NCBI RefSeq assembly: GCF_006345805.1
Contig: NC_042999.1
Location: forward strand, 161,138,001-161,202,000
From: Octopus sinensis
Lineage: Eukaryota
Length of the DNA stretch: 64,000 nt
Direction: 5' to 3'
The translations under genes were made by a program, and so were the position numbers. Each line of letters opens with the position of its first letter. Position 1 is the first letter of the stretch. Below are positions 40,513-53,516 of the stretch, in pieces. The notes beneath the pieces are model-generated. The model worked only from the letters and a program-made list of their open reading frames with translations. It was not told the origin of the DNA and ran no database searches.

Positions 40513-40735
40513 CAAGGTTATTATCAGTTCGAATATGCTTGGAGTATATTCGAACCCGGAAGGAAGCCCTTCACTGTTTTTGCCATGGATAGTTGTGGAC
40601 AAATGGTCTAAATACATCAAAATCAGCGCCTCCTACCCAGTTTAGCGAGAACTTTTCTCGATGACAAAAACCAGTGAACGGTTTTCTTACGGGTTCGAAT
40701 ATATCCCAAACCTATTTGAACAGGTAATAACCTTG
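40513..40735. mobile_element. MITE with about 70-bp terminal inverted repeats
   Basis: CAAGGTTATTA...TATATTCGAACCCG...TTCACTG mirrored at about 40663-40735. Confidence 0.75.
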
Positions 40736-40905
40736 AACGTATAAGGAAGGCAAGTGAGTTTTCAAGTCGACAGTTGCAGAGGTGGATCCAAGTCAGTGAG
40801 TGGCGTAGATCTCTTTACCGATGGTCTTCTTAAAACCTGGTTCGAATCAGATCTCCAGGTGGATTAAAAATGGAGCGAGATTACTAACAGAGTGGCTATT
40901 CTTAC

Positions 40906-41217
40906 TCTGAAATAAGCTGAAATCGAAGATATCCTTCATAGATCGGTCAGAGGTATCGATAACATGCGTACATACACTGCCTCTCTAAGTAATAACAGCT
41001 TGATTATTGTATCTTCCCAAGATTTCATTTGACCCTGCTTCAGCGTTTGACATTGTGCTCTTTGTGGACGGGATGCGTTTCATTTTTCAGGAAGTCCATC
41101 CGGTACCAACAGCCCACGCACAGAGGGAGCCATATATGTGGCTAATGATGCACAGATATACTCCGAAATGATGGCATCTGCGAAGATACATCATGGACGA
41201 AGTCTGGAGTCAAAAAT
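40906..41217 (-). other. Candidate second exon (5' UTR plus start codon) of the minus-strand gene
   Basis: Acceptor GGATTTCAG at 41218. Two alternative phase-1 exits fit the next exon: ATG at 41194 with weak donor GTACCG at 41106, or a late ATG (MKDIFDFSLFQ) with donor GTAAGA at 40905. Confidence 0.3.
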
Positions 41218-42207
41218 CTGAAATCCCATAAATAATTATATGCACATGCTCAAACATGAACAAAACTCGTTTTGCAGTTGTGTGAGTGTGTGTGCGTGCG
41301 CGTGCGTGTGTGCGTGTGCGTGTGTGTGTAAATGCACACAAACACACACACACATGAAGATGCAGAATACATACATACAAACGTACACACATACATACAT
41401 ATATTGAAAAGGCTGCAAGACGAAATGAAAATTTTAGGAAAAATAAATAAACGAATAGAAACCTTAGCAGTGAGTGTGTTAAATAATAATGCAGTAAAAG
41501 AGAATGACTATCCCCAGACACAACACACACACACACACACACACACACGCACTCACACATATATATGTGTGTATGTATGTATGCATATATATATATATAC
41601 ACATACATACATATACATACACATATACATATATATATATTCATACACATGCATATACATACACATATACATATACATGCACACACATGTACATACATAT
41701 ACATACATACACACACACACATAATTATTATTCAATCCAAGGAAAAAACGATTTCCTTGAAAAGGATGGAAAACATCGAATTTTCATTGGTTCTTCAGTT
41801 AAATAAAAACAATATAGCAGAGAAAAAATTAAAACTTAAAATGGTATAATTTTCAGTATATAGATATTAAAGGAAATAGAGCAATACAGTTGACATATTA
41901 TAAATTTATTAACATTATAATATCATATAATTATACTATAAAAAGATATAATATAATATAATATAATATAACAAATAATTAAAACAAATAGATATCCTGC
42001 AATTTTTTTCAATTCATATCCATAAATGTGAATTTATAAAAAATTCACATTTATATATATGAATCTTGTCAGGGTAATATTTGTCTAAAAAACAGACAAA
42101 AATTTCGTGCAAGAGCTGCTAAATCGTAAAATGAATTTATAATATATCAATTGTATTTCTCTATTTCCTTTAATATCTGTATATATGTATATATGTATAT
42201 ATGTATG

Positions 42208-42270
<63 letters not shown>

Positions 42271-42437
42271 TCTAATGCCAAATATGCCGAAAAAAAGACA
42301 AAAATTGTCAAAAACCATTATCGAAACAAACCGATAGAAATTTCGTTATTGACGTATTGGTCCCAATTTCGGGGTTAATTCATAAGAATTTTCCATTCTT
42401 CAGCGATAAACACGTGAGATATAAGTGAAATACTTAC

Positions 42438-42600
42438 TCATACCCATGGAAGAAGCAAGCACTGAGTCCTGAGCAGACCTAAGTACCCCAAATATATCCA
42501 AAATCAAAATCTTCGGCACATCTCGAGACACGTGTGATTCGAACTAGAAACTTTCACAGAGTGGGAGAATCCGGAAGTGAACACTATTCAATTTATAACT
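42438..42600 (-). promoter_or_regulatory. Candidate promoter and first non-coding exon of the minus-strand gene
   Basis: Perfect donor GA|GTAAGT at 42437; ETS-type CCGGAAGTG at 42571-42579; E-box CACGTG at 42529-42534; unique sequence. Confidence 0.35.
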
Positions 42601-42780
42601 AATGTAGGATAACATTTTTTTCGGGAAAAAATTTTATCAAAGGCCAGCGTATCAAAAAATACCTTTAAAGGTTAAATTTATGGCATAAATTTATATACAT
42701 AAATATATATATTCATGTATATATATACATACATATATATAAATATATATATATATATATACATTGGTTTTTGTTGTTCT

Positions 42781-42897
42781 TTTCCTCTAATATATACTCG
42801 ATAACGCGGTCATCCGTTAGGTTCCAATTTTACAGTTGAGGTTGGAGCTGGGGACCCGTATTACGCCTCCGCGTTATCGGGTATATATTAGAGGAAA
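42781..42897. mobile_element. Tiny MITE or hairpin
   Basis: TTTCCTCTAATATATACTCGATAACGCGG / CCGCGTTATCGGGTATATATTAGAGGAAA inverted ends. Confidence 0.7.
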
Positions 42898-42979
42898 AGA
42901 ACAACAAAAACCAACGGAGGACAAGTCTCTAATGTTTGGGCAGAATGTTTGCGATCTCTCCTCGATGACAGCCGGCAAT

Positions 42980-44170
42980 AATGGTTGCTTGCAGGACATG
43001 ACTTGTCATTGTAGTTATAGTCAATCTTGTACAATTGCATAGTGGTGGTGGGTCGAAATTCCTCGGTGCACCTTTCTTTAGGAAAAATTAATGCGGTGGT
43101 AGTCCTGTGGATTGCAGAGAGTTGAGAAATTCAACTGGATAGTCAACGGTGGCATGTTCATCGATGGTAGTATCAATGGAGACAAGCATTGAAGCATCAA
43201 CAGGTAGAATGTGGAGGAATTCATGGATTACTTTAGCAACGCTTTCATTCCGATGTGCTAAAATAGCTCTTTCTGCGAGCCATGCTATGTTTTTGAAGTT
43301 GTCTTACAATGTGGGAATTACCTCTTCTTTAAGCACGGCTACTGTAGCCACCAAGTGCCCACATTACAGTACATGCTGCTGCAGGGTGTTATTCAATGGT
43401 AAGGCACCATTTCCAATTAGTAGAAGTTGATGAGAGAATTCCTCAGCTAAGGGGTAGTTGTAGAGATGAGCTCGCATATTGTTGCTTAAAGAAAACTGAT
43501 GAACAAACCTCCACAGAGGTGAAAACTTCAGGCACACATAGATGTCATCAGCTCGCGTACCCTGTGGTATGACTGGTAATACTTGAGGGAAATGCCCTGC
43601 GAGGACAACAGTTAAGCCCCCCACCGCCTCATAACGGCAGTACTGTTTCTAATATCCCTTAATGACCTGTCTTGGGCTTCTTGTGCACCACGATGTGCCA
43701 TCGTGCATTCATCCCAGACGATAAGTGTAGTTTAGAGCAGAACTTCCGCCGTCGGTGATCCTTTTTAAATATTACACATTTGGGCATCGCTGAATTGAGA
43801 TTTTCTGAGCATGAATAGATGCAGTTTTCTTTGCGGCCCTTGTCTGTGGATATAAATGAGAATGTCTTCGTTTTGGTGGCATGGCTGAAAAGAGTGAACG
43901 ATTAAGGAACATATAAGATGGAAGGCATAACAATTTGAAGTTGTGCATTGCATTATTTGATTTTTAGTAACGAATGAAAGGATGTGAGAAAATGCATATG
44001 TCAATTTGTATACCGTTATTTTGAGAAGCAGCGATAAACTGTGAATGATTTGGTTATGTTCTATCTTGATAAGCGTAATGCATTCTGTTGGCTGATAATA
44101 TAGTGGAGTGGATTACTGACGTATTGGAAGTTATGGTTTGTCCAGAAGTAAAATGGAGTGGGGGGGTACA
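42980..44170 (-). mobile_element. Helitron PIF1-like helicase fragment
   Basis: LLIWDECTMAH, VVLAGHFPQVLPVIPQGTRADDI, YPVEFLNSL...GLPPH. Confidence 0.9.
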
Positions 44171-44387
44171 ATTTGCATGAAAGTGATTTATGTTCTTAAG
44201 AAAGATCACAAACTATGTACTGCTTCATGGAATAAAAAGGGGTTTATATGATTTTGGCCAGAAATCTTGTTTTCAAAATTCTAATTTCCCCATTTTCCAC
44301 CGAAATTTCCTAATTTTTAAATCTTTTTCAAATTTTGTTTTTAATGCACGCGGAAAAATGCAGAGATTACGAATGTGGGAAATATAC

Positions 44388-44771
44388 TCTTTTACTCTTT
44401 TACTTGTTTCAGTCATTTGACTGCGGCCATGCTGGAGCACCGCCTTTAGTCGAGCAAATCGCCCCGGACTTATTCTTTGTAAGCCCAGTACTTATTCTAT
44501 CGGTCTCTTTTGCCGAACCGCTAAGTGACGGGGATGTAAACCACCAGCATCGTTGTCAAGCAATGCTAGGGGACAAACCACACACACACATATATATATA
44601 CATATATACGACAGGCTTCTTTCAGTTTCCGTCCTACCAAATCCACTCACAAGGCATTGGTCGGCCGGCGCTATAGCAGAAGACACTTGCCCAGAGGCCA
44701 CGCAGTGGGACTGAACCCGGAACCATGTGGTTGGTTAGCAAGCTACTTACCACACAGCCACTCCTGCGCCT
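44388..44771 (-). mobile_element. SINE family B
   Basis: Full reverse-complement copy. Confidence 0.9.
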
Positions 44772-46003
44772 ATAGTTTGTTTTTGAAAATTTAATTTTTC
44801 TGAAAGAAATACCGAATGCCCCTTCCCCCACCTCGGCCACCCATCGGCTACCCGCTTTCGGGCGAAATGCAAATCTCTTGTATGAAAAACATAGGAATGT
44901 GAGTAAATTGAGGAAAGAAATAAGTGTGAGTGTGGAAGGTACGCAAATATCATTTCAGACAGGTAAAGGACAGGGCTTCTGAGATAACTTCCTTGTAAGT
45001 TTAAATGGAAGATCAGGTTTTGAAATACGCTCCTCACAAACAGGAGTGACAGAATAGGAAAAGGTAATTTCCATAGGATTTGAGCTGTAATTCATACAGA
45101 ACTTTAATACTGTGTATGTGTGTGTGTCTGTGTACGTGTGTGTATGCGCGAGTGCATGTGTGCGTGCGTGCATGCGTGTGTGTGTGTGGCAAAGGAAGTT
45201 ATTTTTGGATACCTTTCTTAATTCCAAAAGAAGGAAATGTAGTGAAGTTGTAATGTGTTAACAGCAGAAGTTCACCATACATTATAATGAGAAATTGAAA
45301 GAGAAAGATAATGCCTAATTCTACGCACGCGTGAAACATGGGACGAAAGTGAAAATGACCTTAAAATTGTACGACCCGACCTCATTTCTGGGGTTGTCGA
45401 CGTTCCCTTCTCTTTCGCTTTCCCCCTTTCTTTGTGCCGCTTTCTTTCACCTTCACCTATAGAACATACACACAGTGTCAACTTTCTGTCGGCTTTCTTT
45501 CACTTTCAATTATAGAACATACATAGGGTATGAAAGATCAGCATTTCACTCTCACCCGCTATCCCTGTCTTTCATCTTCACCTATGGAAACTTGTTTTCT
45601 GTCTCTATTTCTTTGTCTTGTCTCTGTCTCTTTCTTATTCTGTGCTTCACTTGCACATTCCGTAAAAATAAGATTATGTACGTATATATGAAATGGACGT
45701 GTGTGTGTGTGCGAGAGAGAGAAAAAGTGAGACCTAAAGTGAGTGAGTGAAATTGTGTGTCGTAATGATAGATGTCTTTTAACGTGCACTCTCATATAGA
45801 AAATGTGACGTCTTCATCATCGTCGTCGTATAAAATGCTTACGATAGTTGAGTTATGGAAAAGATTATAATTTTAAATTTTTGTAATGGAAATATGTCAA
45901 TGAAAATAAAGTTTAGTTGGTGGCGGAAATAGTACTGAATCTTTTGATCCCCCTTACGTCAAAATCGGCAACTCGGTTTTGGAATACATAAGGAACATAT
46001 GCA

Positions 46004-46040
<37 letters not shown>

Positions 46041-46119
46041 ACTCTCCTTAATAGTTATATGTGTGTGTATATTCGTGTGTGAGTGTGCTTGCCCCCCCCC
46101 CCACACACACCACACATCA

Positions 46120-46290
46120 CTTGACAACCAATGCTCGCGTGCTTACGTCCCTGTAACTTAGCGGTTCGGCATAAGATACCGATAGAATATTACTAGGCTT
46201 ACAAAGAATAAGTCCTGGGGTCGATTTGCTCGACTAAACGCACTGCTCTAACATGGCCGCAGTCAAGTGACTGAAACAAGTAGAATAATA
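46120..46290 (+). mobile_element. SINE family B, 3' portion
   Basis: TTGACAACC...CAGTCAAGTGACTGAAACAAG. Confidence 0.8.
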
Positions 46291-46382
46291 AAAGAATATA
46301 TACGAGAAGAAGAAGAAGAAGAAGAAGAAGAAGAAGAAGAAGAAGAAGAAGAAGAAGAAGAGAAGAAGAGATAGATTATAGG

Positions 46383-46454
<72 letters not shown>

Positions 46455-47129
46455 CAGACAGATAGATAATGTATGTATGTAGCTTTATATGTGTCTTCCG
46501 CTGTGTGTGTATGTGCGCCTATGTGTATATTGTATTTATTTGTGTGGTTGAGAACATTACTTGTCCAATCGATGTTCGAATGTGGTACACGTGACCATTG
46601 ATAAACACCATTCAGGTTCCGATAGAAGTGGCGGTTTTATTGTCAATAAATACACAAAGATGCCTGTTTGCTAACAATAGGAGAACTCCACAAAGTATAC
46701 CGAAACATAAAGTAGTAAACGAGTGAAATGCAAAAACATTCAGCAAGTAACATATAAACGTATCAACATATCTCCTGTCAACCGATCACAAAACGTACTC
46801 CTTCATAATACAAATGCATTCACACGCGCACGCAGCTCACACAATCTCATTTATACACGTACATACACAGTCAATATTACACCTACACGCACGTACACCC
46901 ACATCCCCCATAAACTCACAGACAATATCTGAGATATAGCTAATTTAAAATCGATGAGCAATTGCTGTGACAATATTAAAAGTTAATCGAATCTCAACAG
47001 GTTTCTCATTGCCTATATATTTCTATACAACAAAAAATTGCGCCATTTAGATACACTCGCACACACCCACACACACACGTACACCACACCACTCACATTC
47101 ACCCATGTATGCATATATATAATTATATA

Positions 47130-47191
<62 letters not shown>

Positions 47192-47677
47192 AATATATAT
47201 TATAATAATATGAGTGTGTGTGAGAGCGAAAGAGAGAGAGAGAGAGAGAGAGAGAGACAAATATAAATGCGTTTAAAATTTACAATCTGTCACAATTTTA
47301 TTGATGTGTTTCATAGATTACATCGCAACACACACACATACAAGCACATTTTTTTTATTTCTTATTTTATTTTATCTAGTCTCAGCTCACGAGCTGTGGC
47401 CATGCTGGGACACCGCCATTTGGTGTTGCTACATGATTTTACTTCACGAATGCCTTATATATATATATATATATTATATATATATATATTATATATATAT
47501 ATATATATAGGAATGGTTGTATACTGTCAATCTAACAAGAACGTGACAGTAGGGGGTACACCACCGCTGTATAGCCCTAGAAGCATCGAACGCCTCCTGA
47601 TGGCTTTGACACATTTTTTCCCTGTGTCCTTATATACATTTCGAAGGGAACAAACACCCCCGGCTGCCAGAACTGCA

Positions 47678-47721
47678 TCTGGGACACGTGTTTCAGGATC
47701 GTTGTCCTTCATCGGCCTAGA
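47678..47721 (-). ncRNA. Type I hammerhead motif (U4>C)
   Basis: TCTAGG-CCGATGA-AGGA caacga TCCT-GAAA-C-ACGT-GT-C-CCAGA; GUC cleavage triplet. Confidence 0.7.
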
Positions 47722-47858
47722 GTAGCAGACACCGTCCTGGTGATATTCCTCCTCGACTTCGTATTTGTATATATCTATATTCAGTGAAGTCTATTCACGA
47801 TTATCAAAATATTTCTTATATATATATATATGCATGTATATATATATATGTTATGTAG

Positions 47859-47926
<68 letters not shown>

Positions 47927-47939
47927 CTGTTATATATAT

Positions 47940-48290
47940 TCTTTTTCTTTTTTTACTTGTTTTCAGTCATTTGATTGGGGCCATGCTGTTTAAGTAGAAG
48001 AAAACGACCACAGGACTTTGTTCTTTGTAAGCCTAGTATTTATTCCATAGGTTGTTATGCTGAACCGCTAAGCTACGGGGTTAATCACACCAGCATCGGT
48101 TGTCAAGCGATGGCTGGGGAACAAACACACACACATATACAACGAAATTCTTTCAGTTTCCGTCTGCCAAATACACTCACACCAAGGCTATAGTAGAAGT
48201 CACCAAACCAAGGTGTCACGCAGTGGGACTGAAACCGAAACCATGTGGTTGGCTAGCATGCCTCTGCCACACAGCTACGACTGCGCCTAG
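47940..48290 (-). mobile_element. Degenerate SINE family B
   Basis: CAGTCATTTGA, CCAGCATCGGTTGTCAAGC, CGCAGTGGGACTGAA motifs. Confidence 0.8.
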
Positions 48291-48312
48291 TATATACATA
48301 TATATATGTGTA

Positions 48313-48382
<70 letters not shown>

Positions 48383-48612
48383 TATATATATATATTATAT
48401 ATATAATGTGAAATAGAAAGATGAATAATCTTGTAGTAGATTAATCAAAAGTTTAACCGATACCTTAGTAGCAAAAATACAGCAGTAAACAGCACGGTTG
48501 GAGGTACAACCTCTGGCGTTGCAACCGTGCGTTGGTGCGGATAATTGAAATTAAACATTATTGGTGAATTGAAGAAATGGAGCTGAACGCAGATTGAACA
48601 GAAATCGTTTTA

Positions 48613-48699
48613 TTCATTCTACACTGTTTCGAAAGGCACAAATTACCAAAATCCGATTGAATAATGGGACCATATTGTGTCTTTCTCTTCAGGAAGAAA
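48613..48699 (-). ncRNA. Complete type I hammerhead ribozyme, left arm
   Basis: TTC-CTGAAGA-GAAAGaCACAA...TTGTGcCTTTC-GAAA-C-AGT-GT-A-GAA. Confidence 0.8.
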
Positions 48700-48870
48700 A
48701 AAGGAAATCCGTTGGAAAACAAAAACAGAACAGAGGCGGAGCAAAACAAATCGAACTATGCTCCTAAGAGCCCATGGCGAAACTGTTTCGCCATGGGCTC
48801 TAGGAGCATAGTTCGATTTGTTTTTTGCTCCGCCTCTGTTCTGTTTTTGTTTTTCCAACGGATTTCCTTT

Positions 48871-48959
48871 TTTCTTCCTGAAGAGAAAGACACAATATGG
48901 TCCCATTATTCATCGGATTTTGGTAATTTTGTGCCTTTCGAAACACGTGTAGAATGAAA
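48871..48959 (+). ncRNA. Complete type I hammerhead ribozyme, right arm
   Basis: Stem I TTTCTTC/GAAtGAAA; CTGAAGA 48878-48884; stem II GAAAGaCACAA/TTGTGcCTTTC; GAAA; stem III ACACGTGT; GUA site after 48951. Confidence 0.85.
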
Positions 48960-49489
48960 TAAAACGATTTCTGTTCAATCTGCGTTCAGCTCCATTTCTT
49001 CATTCACCAATAGTTATTATATATATATATATATAATATAGATATGTAGTATATATATATTATATATATATATATACATATGTATGTATGTATATGTATA
49101 TCTATCTATCTTTCTATATATATATGTGTGTGTGTATGTACACACATACACACAAAGTTTTAAGACAATCACGAGATGCAATTCGGATATCAGTCAGCGA
49201 ACTTAACTTCTTTCGTTCCGGTATTTTCTTTATATAATTTATACATACAGTGTATAGTCAGTTACTCGTTCACAGGTATTTCTCATTAGGAATACTAGTT
49301 TCTTTGATTAAAGCTTGCAGTTTATGAACCTAAATGTATAAATGTATGTCTGCTTGTCTCTCTGTTTGTATGTCTGTATCTATGCATGTATGTATGTGTG
49401 TATGTGTGTATGTGTAAGTGTGTGTGTTGGGGGGCTAGTCAGATATAAGGACAAGCTGAAGAGTAACTTCTCAGCAGTCAATATAGCAC

Positions 49490-49770
49490 ATATGGCGTAC
49501 GAGCAGGCAGAACCATTAGCACCGGCATTTCGTCTGCTGTTACGTTCTGAGTTCGAATTCCGTCGTGGTCGATTTAGCCTTTCATCGTTTCAAGGTCGAT
49601 TAAATAAGTACCAGTTACGCACTGGGGTAGATGTAATCGACTTAGTCCCTTTGTTTGTCCTTTTTTTTCCCTTCTGTGTTTAGCCCCCGCTATGTTTAGC
49701 CCCTCTATGTTTAGCCCCCTCTGTGTTTGGCCCTCTGTGTTTTAGCCCCCCCTGTGGGCAATAAAGAAAT
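49490..49770 (+). mobile_element. Diverged SINE family A with a tandemly amplified tail
   Basis: GTTCTGAGTTCGAATTCC...; about five T(G)TTTAGCCCC-like units. Confidence 0.75.
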
Positions 49771-50100
49771 ATATATATAGCTCATAACACCTTTGAGCAA
49801 ATAGCCTTGAAGCGAACAAAATTGAGACGTCGTAACAAAATAAAAGACTTTAAGGGATCTTGTTCCAACAGTTTTAGGGATGCAAGGCAAAGTAGAAAAT
49901 CGGCTCAAAATATTGCGCCTACATTGACCCGTAGTCTTCATATATGTAGCATCTGCAGGTTTTTTTTGCAAATTGTTGGCGGGACTCAAATATCACAATC
50001 CACATATACGTTATGACTGACAAAGAAAATATAGGTTGTCGGATTCTCATACGTCGAAACCGAGGTGAGAGTCCATTATTCATATATAATGAAAATGATG

Positions 50101-50149
<49 letters not shown>

Positions 50150-50151
<2 letters not shown>

Positions 50152-50333
50152 TTTCTACTGTAGGCACATGGCCTGGAATTTGTGGGGAGGGGACATCAAC
50201 CCCAGTGCTTCACTGGTACTTAATTTATGGACCCTGAAGGGATGAAAAATAAAGTCAACCTCGACGGAACTTGAACTCAGAATGTGAAGAATGCCGCTAA
50301 ACATCTTCCTAACTCGCACCCTTACTACTACTA

Positions 50334-50364
<31 letters not shown>

Positions 50365-50645
50365 TCGAATATGGAGTTTAAAAACAGAAAGATTCCTATC
50401 ATGGTAAGCGCATTAGGTATGATAAAAAACATTCAGACAAATACATAACACAATCACAGGGACCTACAAGTATATATAACATACAGAAAATAGCACTATT
50501 AGATACCGCATACATCCTACGTAAAACACTTTCAATACAGTGAAAATAAGAGCACCACAACAAACCACAGCACATACCTGTCGTACATAGAGCTGTGCTC
50601 GGTAGTGCAGTGAAAGCACGGAATAAAAACAAGACTACTGAATGA
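50150..50645. mobile_element. Partial SINE A (minus) followed by an R4/Dong 3' end (plus) related to the 16.2-17.9 kb copies
   Basis: ATTCCTATCAT...GCATTAGG...GCTCGGTAGTG..GTGAAAGCACG...ACTACTGAAT. Confidence 0.8.
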
Positions 50646-50662
50646 TAATAATAATGATAATA

Positions 50663-50726
<64 letters not shown>

Positions 50727-50759
50727 GTATCATTAATTAGAGGGTGAAGTAGTTAGTAA

Positions 50760-53070
50760 ATTAGAAGAAGCGATTAGTAAGGGCATCGCAACCGGTGTGT
50801 AAACGACGAGAACAGCCCTTGACCATTTCTTCGAAGCGAAACACGAAGGTTGCGTTGTCAAACACAAACAAAACCACGATCAGATCTTTTACAGCTCCGA
50901 GCAGATTTGGGCGGCTTTCCAGCATCACTTCGCGCGGCTGTCTGGGAAGGGCGATAGGTCAACGACGGTAGCGGACTTTAGTTCGTACCTGGACGGCCTA
51001 CCACGACTCTCGGCAGCTGACGTGAGGTTATATGAAAAGCCGATAACAGCCGCTGAAATTCAGGAGGCAATGAGTGATTGCACAAATTGTAAATCATCCG
51101 GTTTGGATGGTTTACCCTATGAATTCTATGTAATCATGCCAAATTCGTTTGGGGACCTCTTGGCAGACGTCTACCACAACTGGCAACAGAACAGAATTCC
51201 TAGTGCTGTTAGCCGGTGTGTTGTAACACTGCTGAGGAAGGACATCGACAATGGGGACGTGCAAGGGAATTTTAAGCCCGTAACTCTGCTAAAGAGTTTA
51301 AGATTTTGGCCAAGGTATCAGCGAAAAGGATGGCGCTTGTCGTCGGTAATCTGGCCGGGGAAGCGCAAACGTGACCAATCTCGAACAGGTTTATCTACGA
51401 CAGCCTCTACCTTATGCGATACATCATAGAGAAGGTTGGAACCAAAGCTGGCTTCGGTGGGGCTCTGATCAATTTAGAACAATTCAAAGCATTCGATAGG
51501 GTCGACCATCGCCACTTGGATGCCGTCTTGAAAGCAGGCGGTTTCGGACCTGTTTTCAGAGGTTGAATCACAGCAACGCACAGTGGCATCTGCTCAGTTG
51601 TCAAAATAAACGGTTACGTATTGGAACGCACGCTCGGTCCATCGGGGCTGTCTGTTGTCGCCTCTTCTGTACGTATTGGCATTTTAGCCACTGCCGTGGA
51701 AGTTAGAACAGTTAAGGGGCATCCCTTTCGAACTGGGAGACGGAAGGGCAGTGTCGAAGTGCACGGACGACGTCACCATCAAGGTGTCGGGCGCCTCCAA
51801 AGTGGAGATGGTCGGCACCATTCTAGAGGAATATGAGGCGATAAAATGAACGCCCACAAATCCGTGTGTTGGGCTCCTGAGAGACAGGTCGATGACATCG
51901 GACGGCGTTGTCGGATGCTGGACGAGCAGACCAGTTAAACTGCGCGGGATCTGGTTTGGTACCAACCTCTAAGTAGATAAGAACTGGAATGAGGTGACGA
52001 ACAGGGTGGCCAGTCTTACCCAGAAATGGGTAGAGAGGTAGCTGTCCCTGAGATGTCGGGCAGAGGTGGCAAATGCCTAGATCGCTTCAGTTATCATTTA
52101 TCGTCTGACCGTCGTACCTTGTCCCAGTTATTGCTTGACTAGGCTGGAGCGTATTTCATTTTTTATGGAAGGACACGTACCAACGTTAGGCGGTCAGTCT
52201 ACTGCCAACATTCTCTGAACGGTAGATTAGGTATGCCGTGGTTTTTAATGCGCAGACACGGTCTTAGGTTGCAGAACCTGCAACGATTTCTGGACGGCGA
52301 GCGCGTGGGGGCTCCGTAGTTGGGACACGTCTTTCTGCAGTTCGTCTTCTTGGTGGAGCTGCAGTCCGAGACTTGGCGCCTGACACCTAGAATGTCGTCA
52401 GGCGCTCACAGCCCTCTACCAGTCGGGCAACGAGATCGGTAGATGTTCTGTTTTAGCAAGTTATAGAGAATTAGTGGCGAGGAAGTGCGACGATGTTCTC
52501 GGGGACACTCTGGGCGTCGACGGAAATGAAGTAGCCAGTCTGCTCCGGAGGACTTTCCGGTCAGGAACTATCATGGCTAATTTCTAGATGTCCTTGGCCT
52601 GGCAATCTATCAGAGTGGGGGCGCTACAGGTTCGAGATAAACTCTACAGGCACGGATGTGCTGTCAGACGGGCTTGTCCGAGGTGCGCGCAGAATGACGA
52701 AACCGTTCAGCACGCACTCGTTCAGTGTCCAGGCATTGCTGGGGGTTATGTCGAAAAGCTGCTATCACGTGTGGGTCGAATCCGTGTATCGGCCGAGTAT
52801 ACAGTGAGGATTGCTCCGCCGACCTCCTTTGCAGGCAAGGCAATTTTCTTTGATTGATGGCTGTGGTGAAAGAGGTTGTCTGGTGGACGGACAAGGCTGA
52901 AAGGTATAAGGACAGATACATTCTTCTTTGGCAGAGGTCTCATTGAATTCTTCAAGTTTCACTTGGAAAGGAAATTGTAGCTGTCCTCGAGTGAGTTTAG
53001 TGAAAGGTGGGTAAAAGTTGCAAAAATGGCGAGAGTAGATGGTACCTCTCTAAGTGTAGATCTGTGAGTC
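50760..53070 (+). mobile_element. Degraded L1/Tx1-clade ORF2 (RT and C-terminal zinc knuckle)
   Basis: SSGLDGLPYEFY, FKPVTLL, KAFDRVDHR, CPRCAQNDETVQHALVQCP. Confidence 0.88.
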
Positions 53071-53084
53071 GCCTTCTTCGTGTT

Positions 53085-53310
53085 TCAACAACGACCCCAC
53101 GGCATTTTTTTATATACCACCTTAAGTTATTTTCTTCTGCTTCGATACAGTCGTGGCAACTGATCAAAACTCTCCCGCCCTTTCTTGAGGACAAGTAGAG
53201 CCAATCGGTGTCACTCTTAGAGTGGAAGGCTCCGTGTATTGTCAATATTTTTCTGGCTTTGGTATCCATTTTCATCACTTCTCTCTTTTGCCATTTTATA
53301 ATTCCCGCTC
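53085..53310 (-). mobile_element. R4/Dong LINE fragment close to the 9805-11226 copy
   Basis: MKMDTKARKILTIHGAFHSKSDTDWLYLSSRKGGRVLISC. Confidence 0.85.
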
Positions 53311-53476
53311 CGATTGAAAAAAATCGACCTTGTTTGTAAAATATTTTGGATCTATGTTTGCAACCCCCTAAGCAAATTTCGTTCCTACACTTATGGCAAA
53401 AGACACCAAGAAAAGTCTAGTAATGGACATTATTTATTGCATTGGGGATATTGTGTATGTGTGTTGTGTGTGTGTG

Positions 53477-53516
<40 letters not shown>

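Larger units (their letters stand above)
48561..49011. repeat. About 450-bp near-perfect palindrome
   Basis: Arms mirror around CGAAAC-T-GTTTCG (apex about 48784); differences are mostly small indels. Confidence 0.92.
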
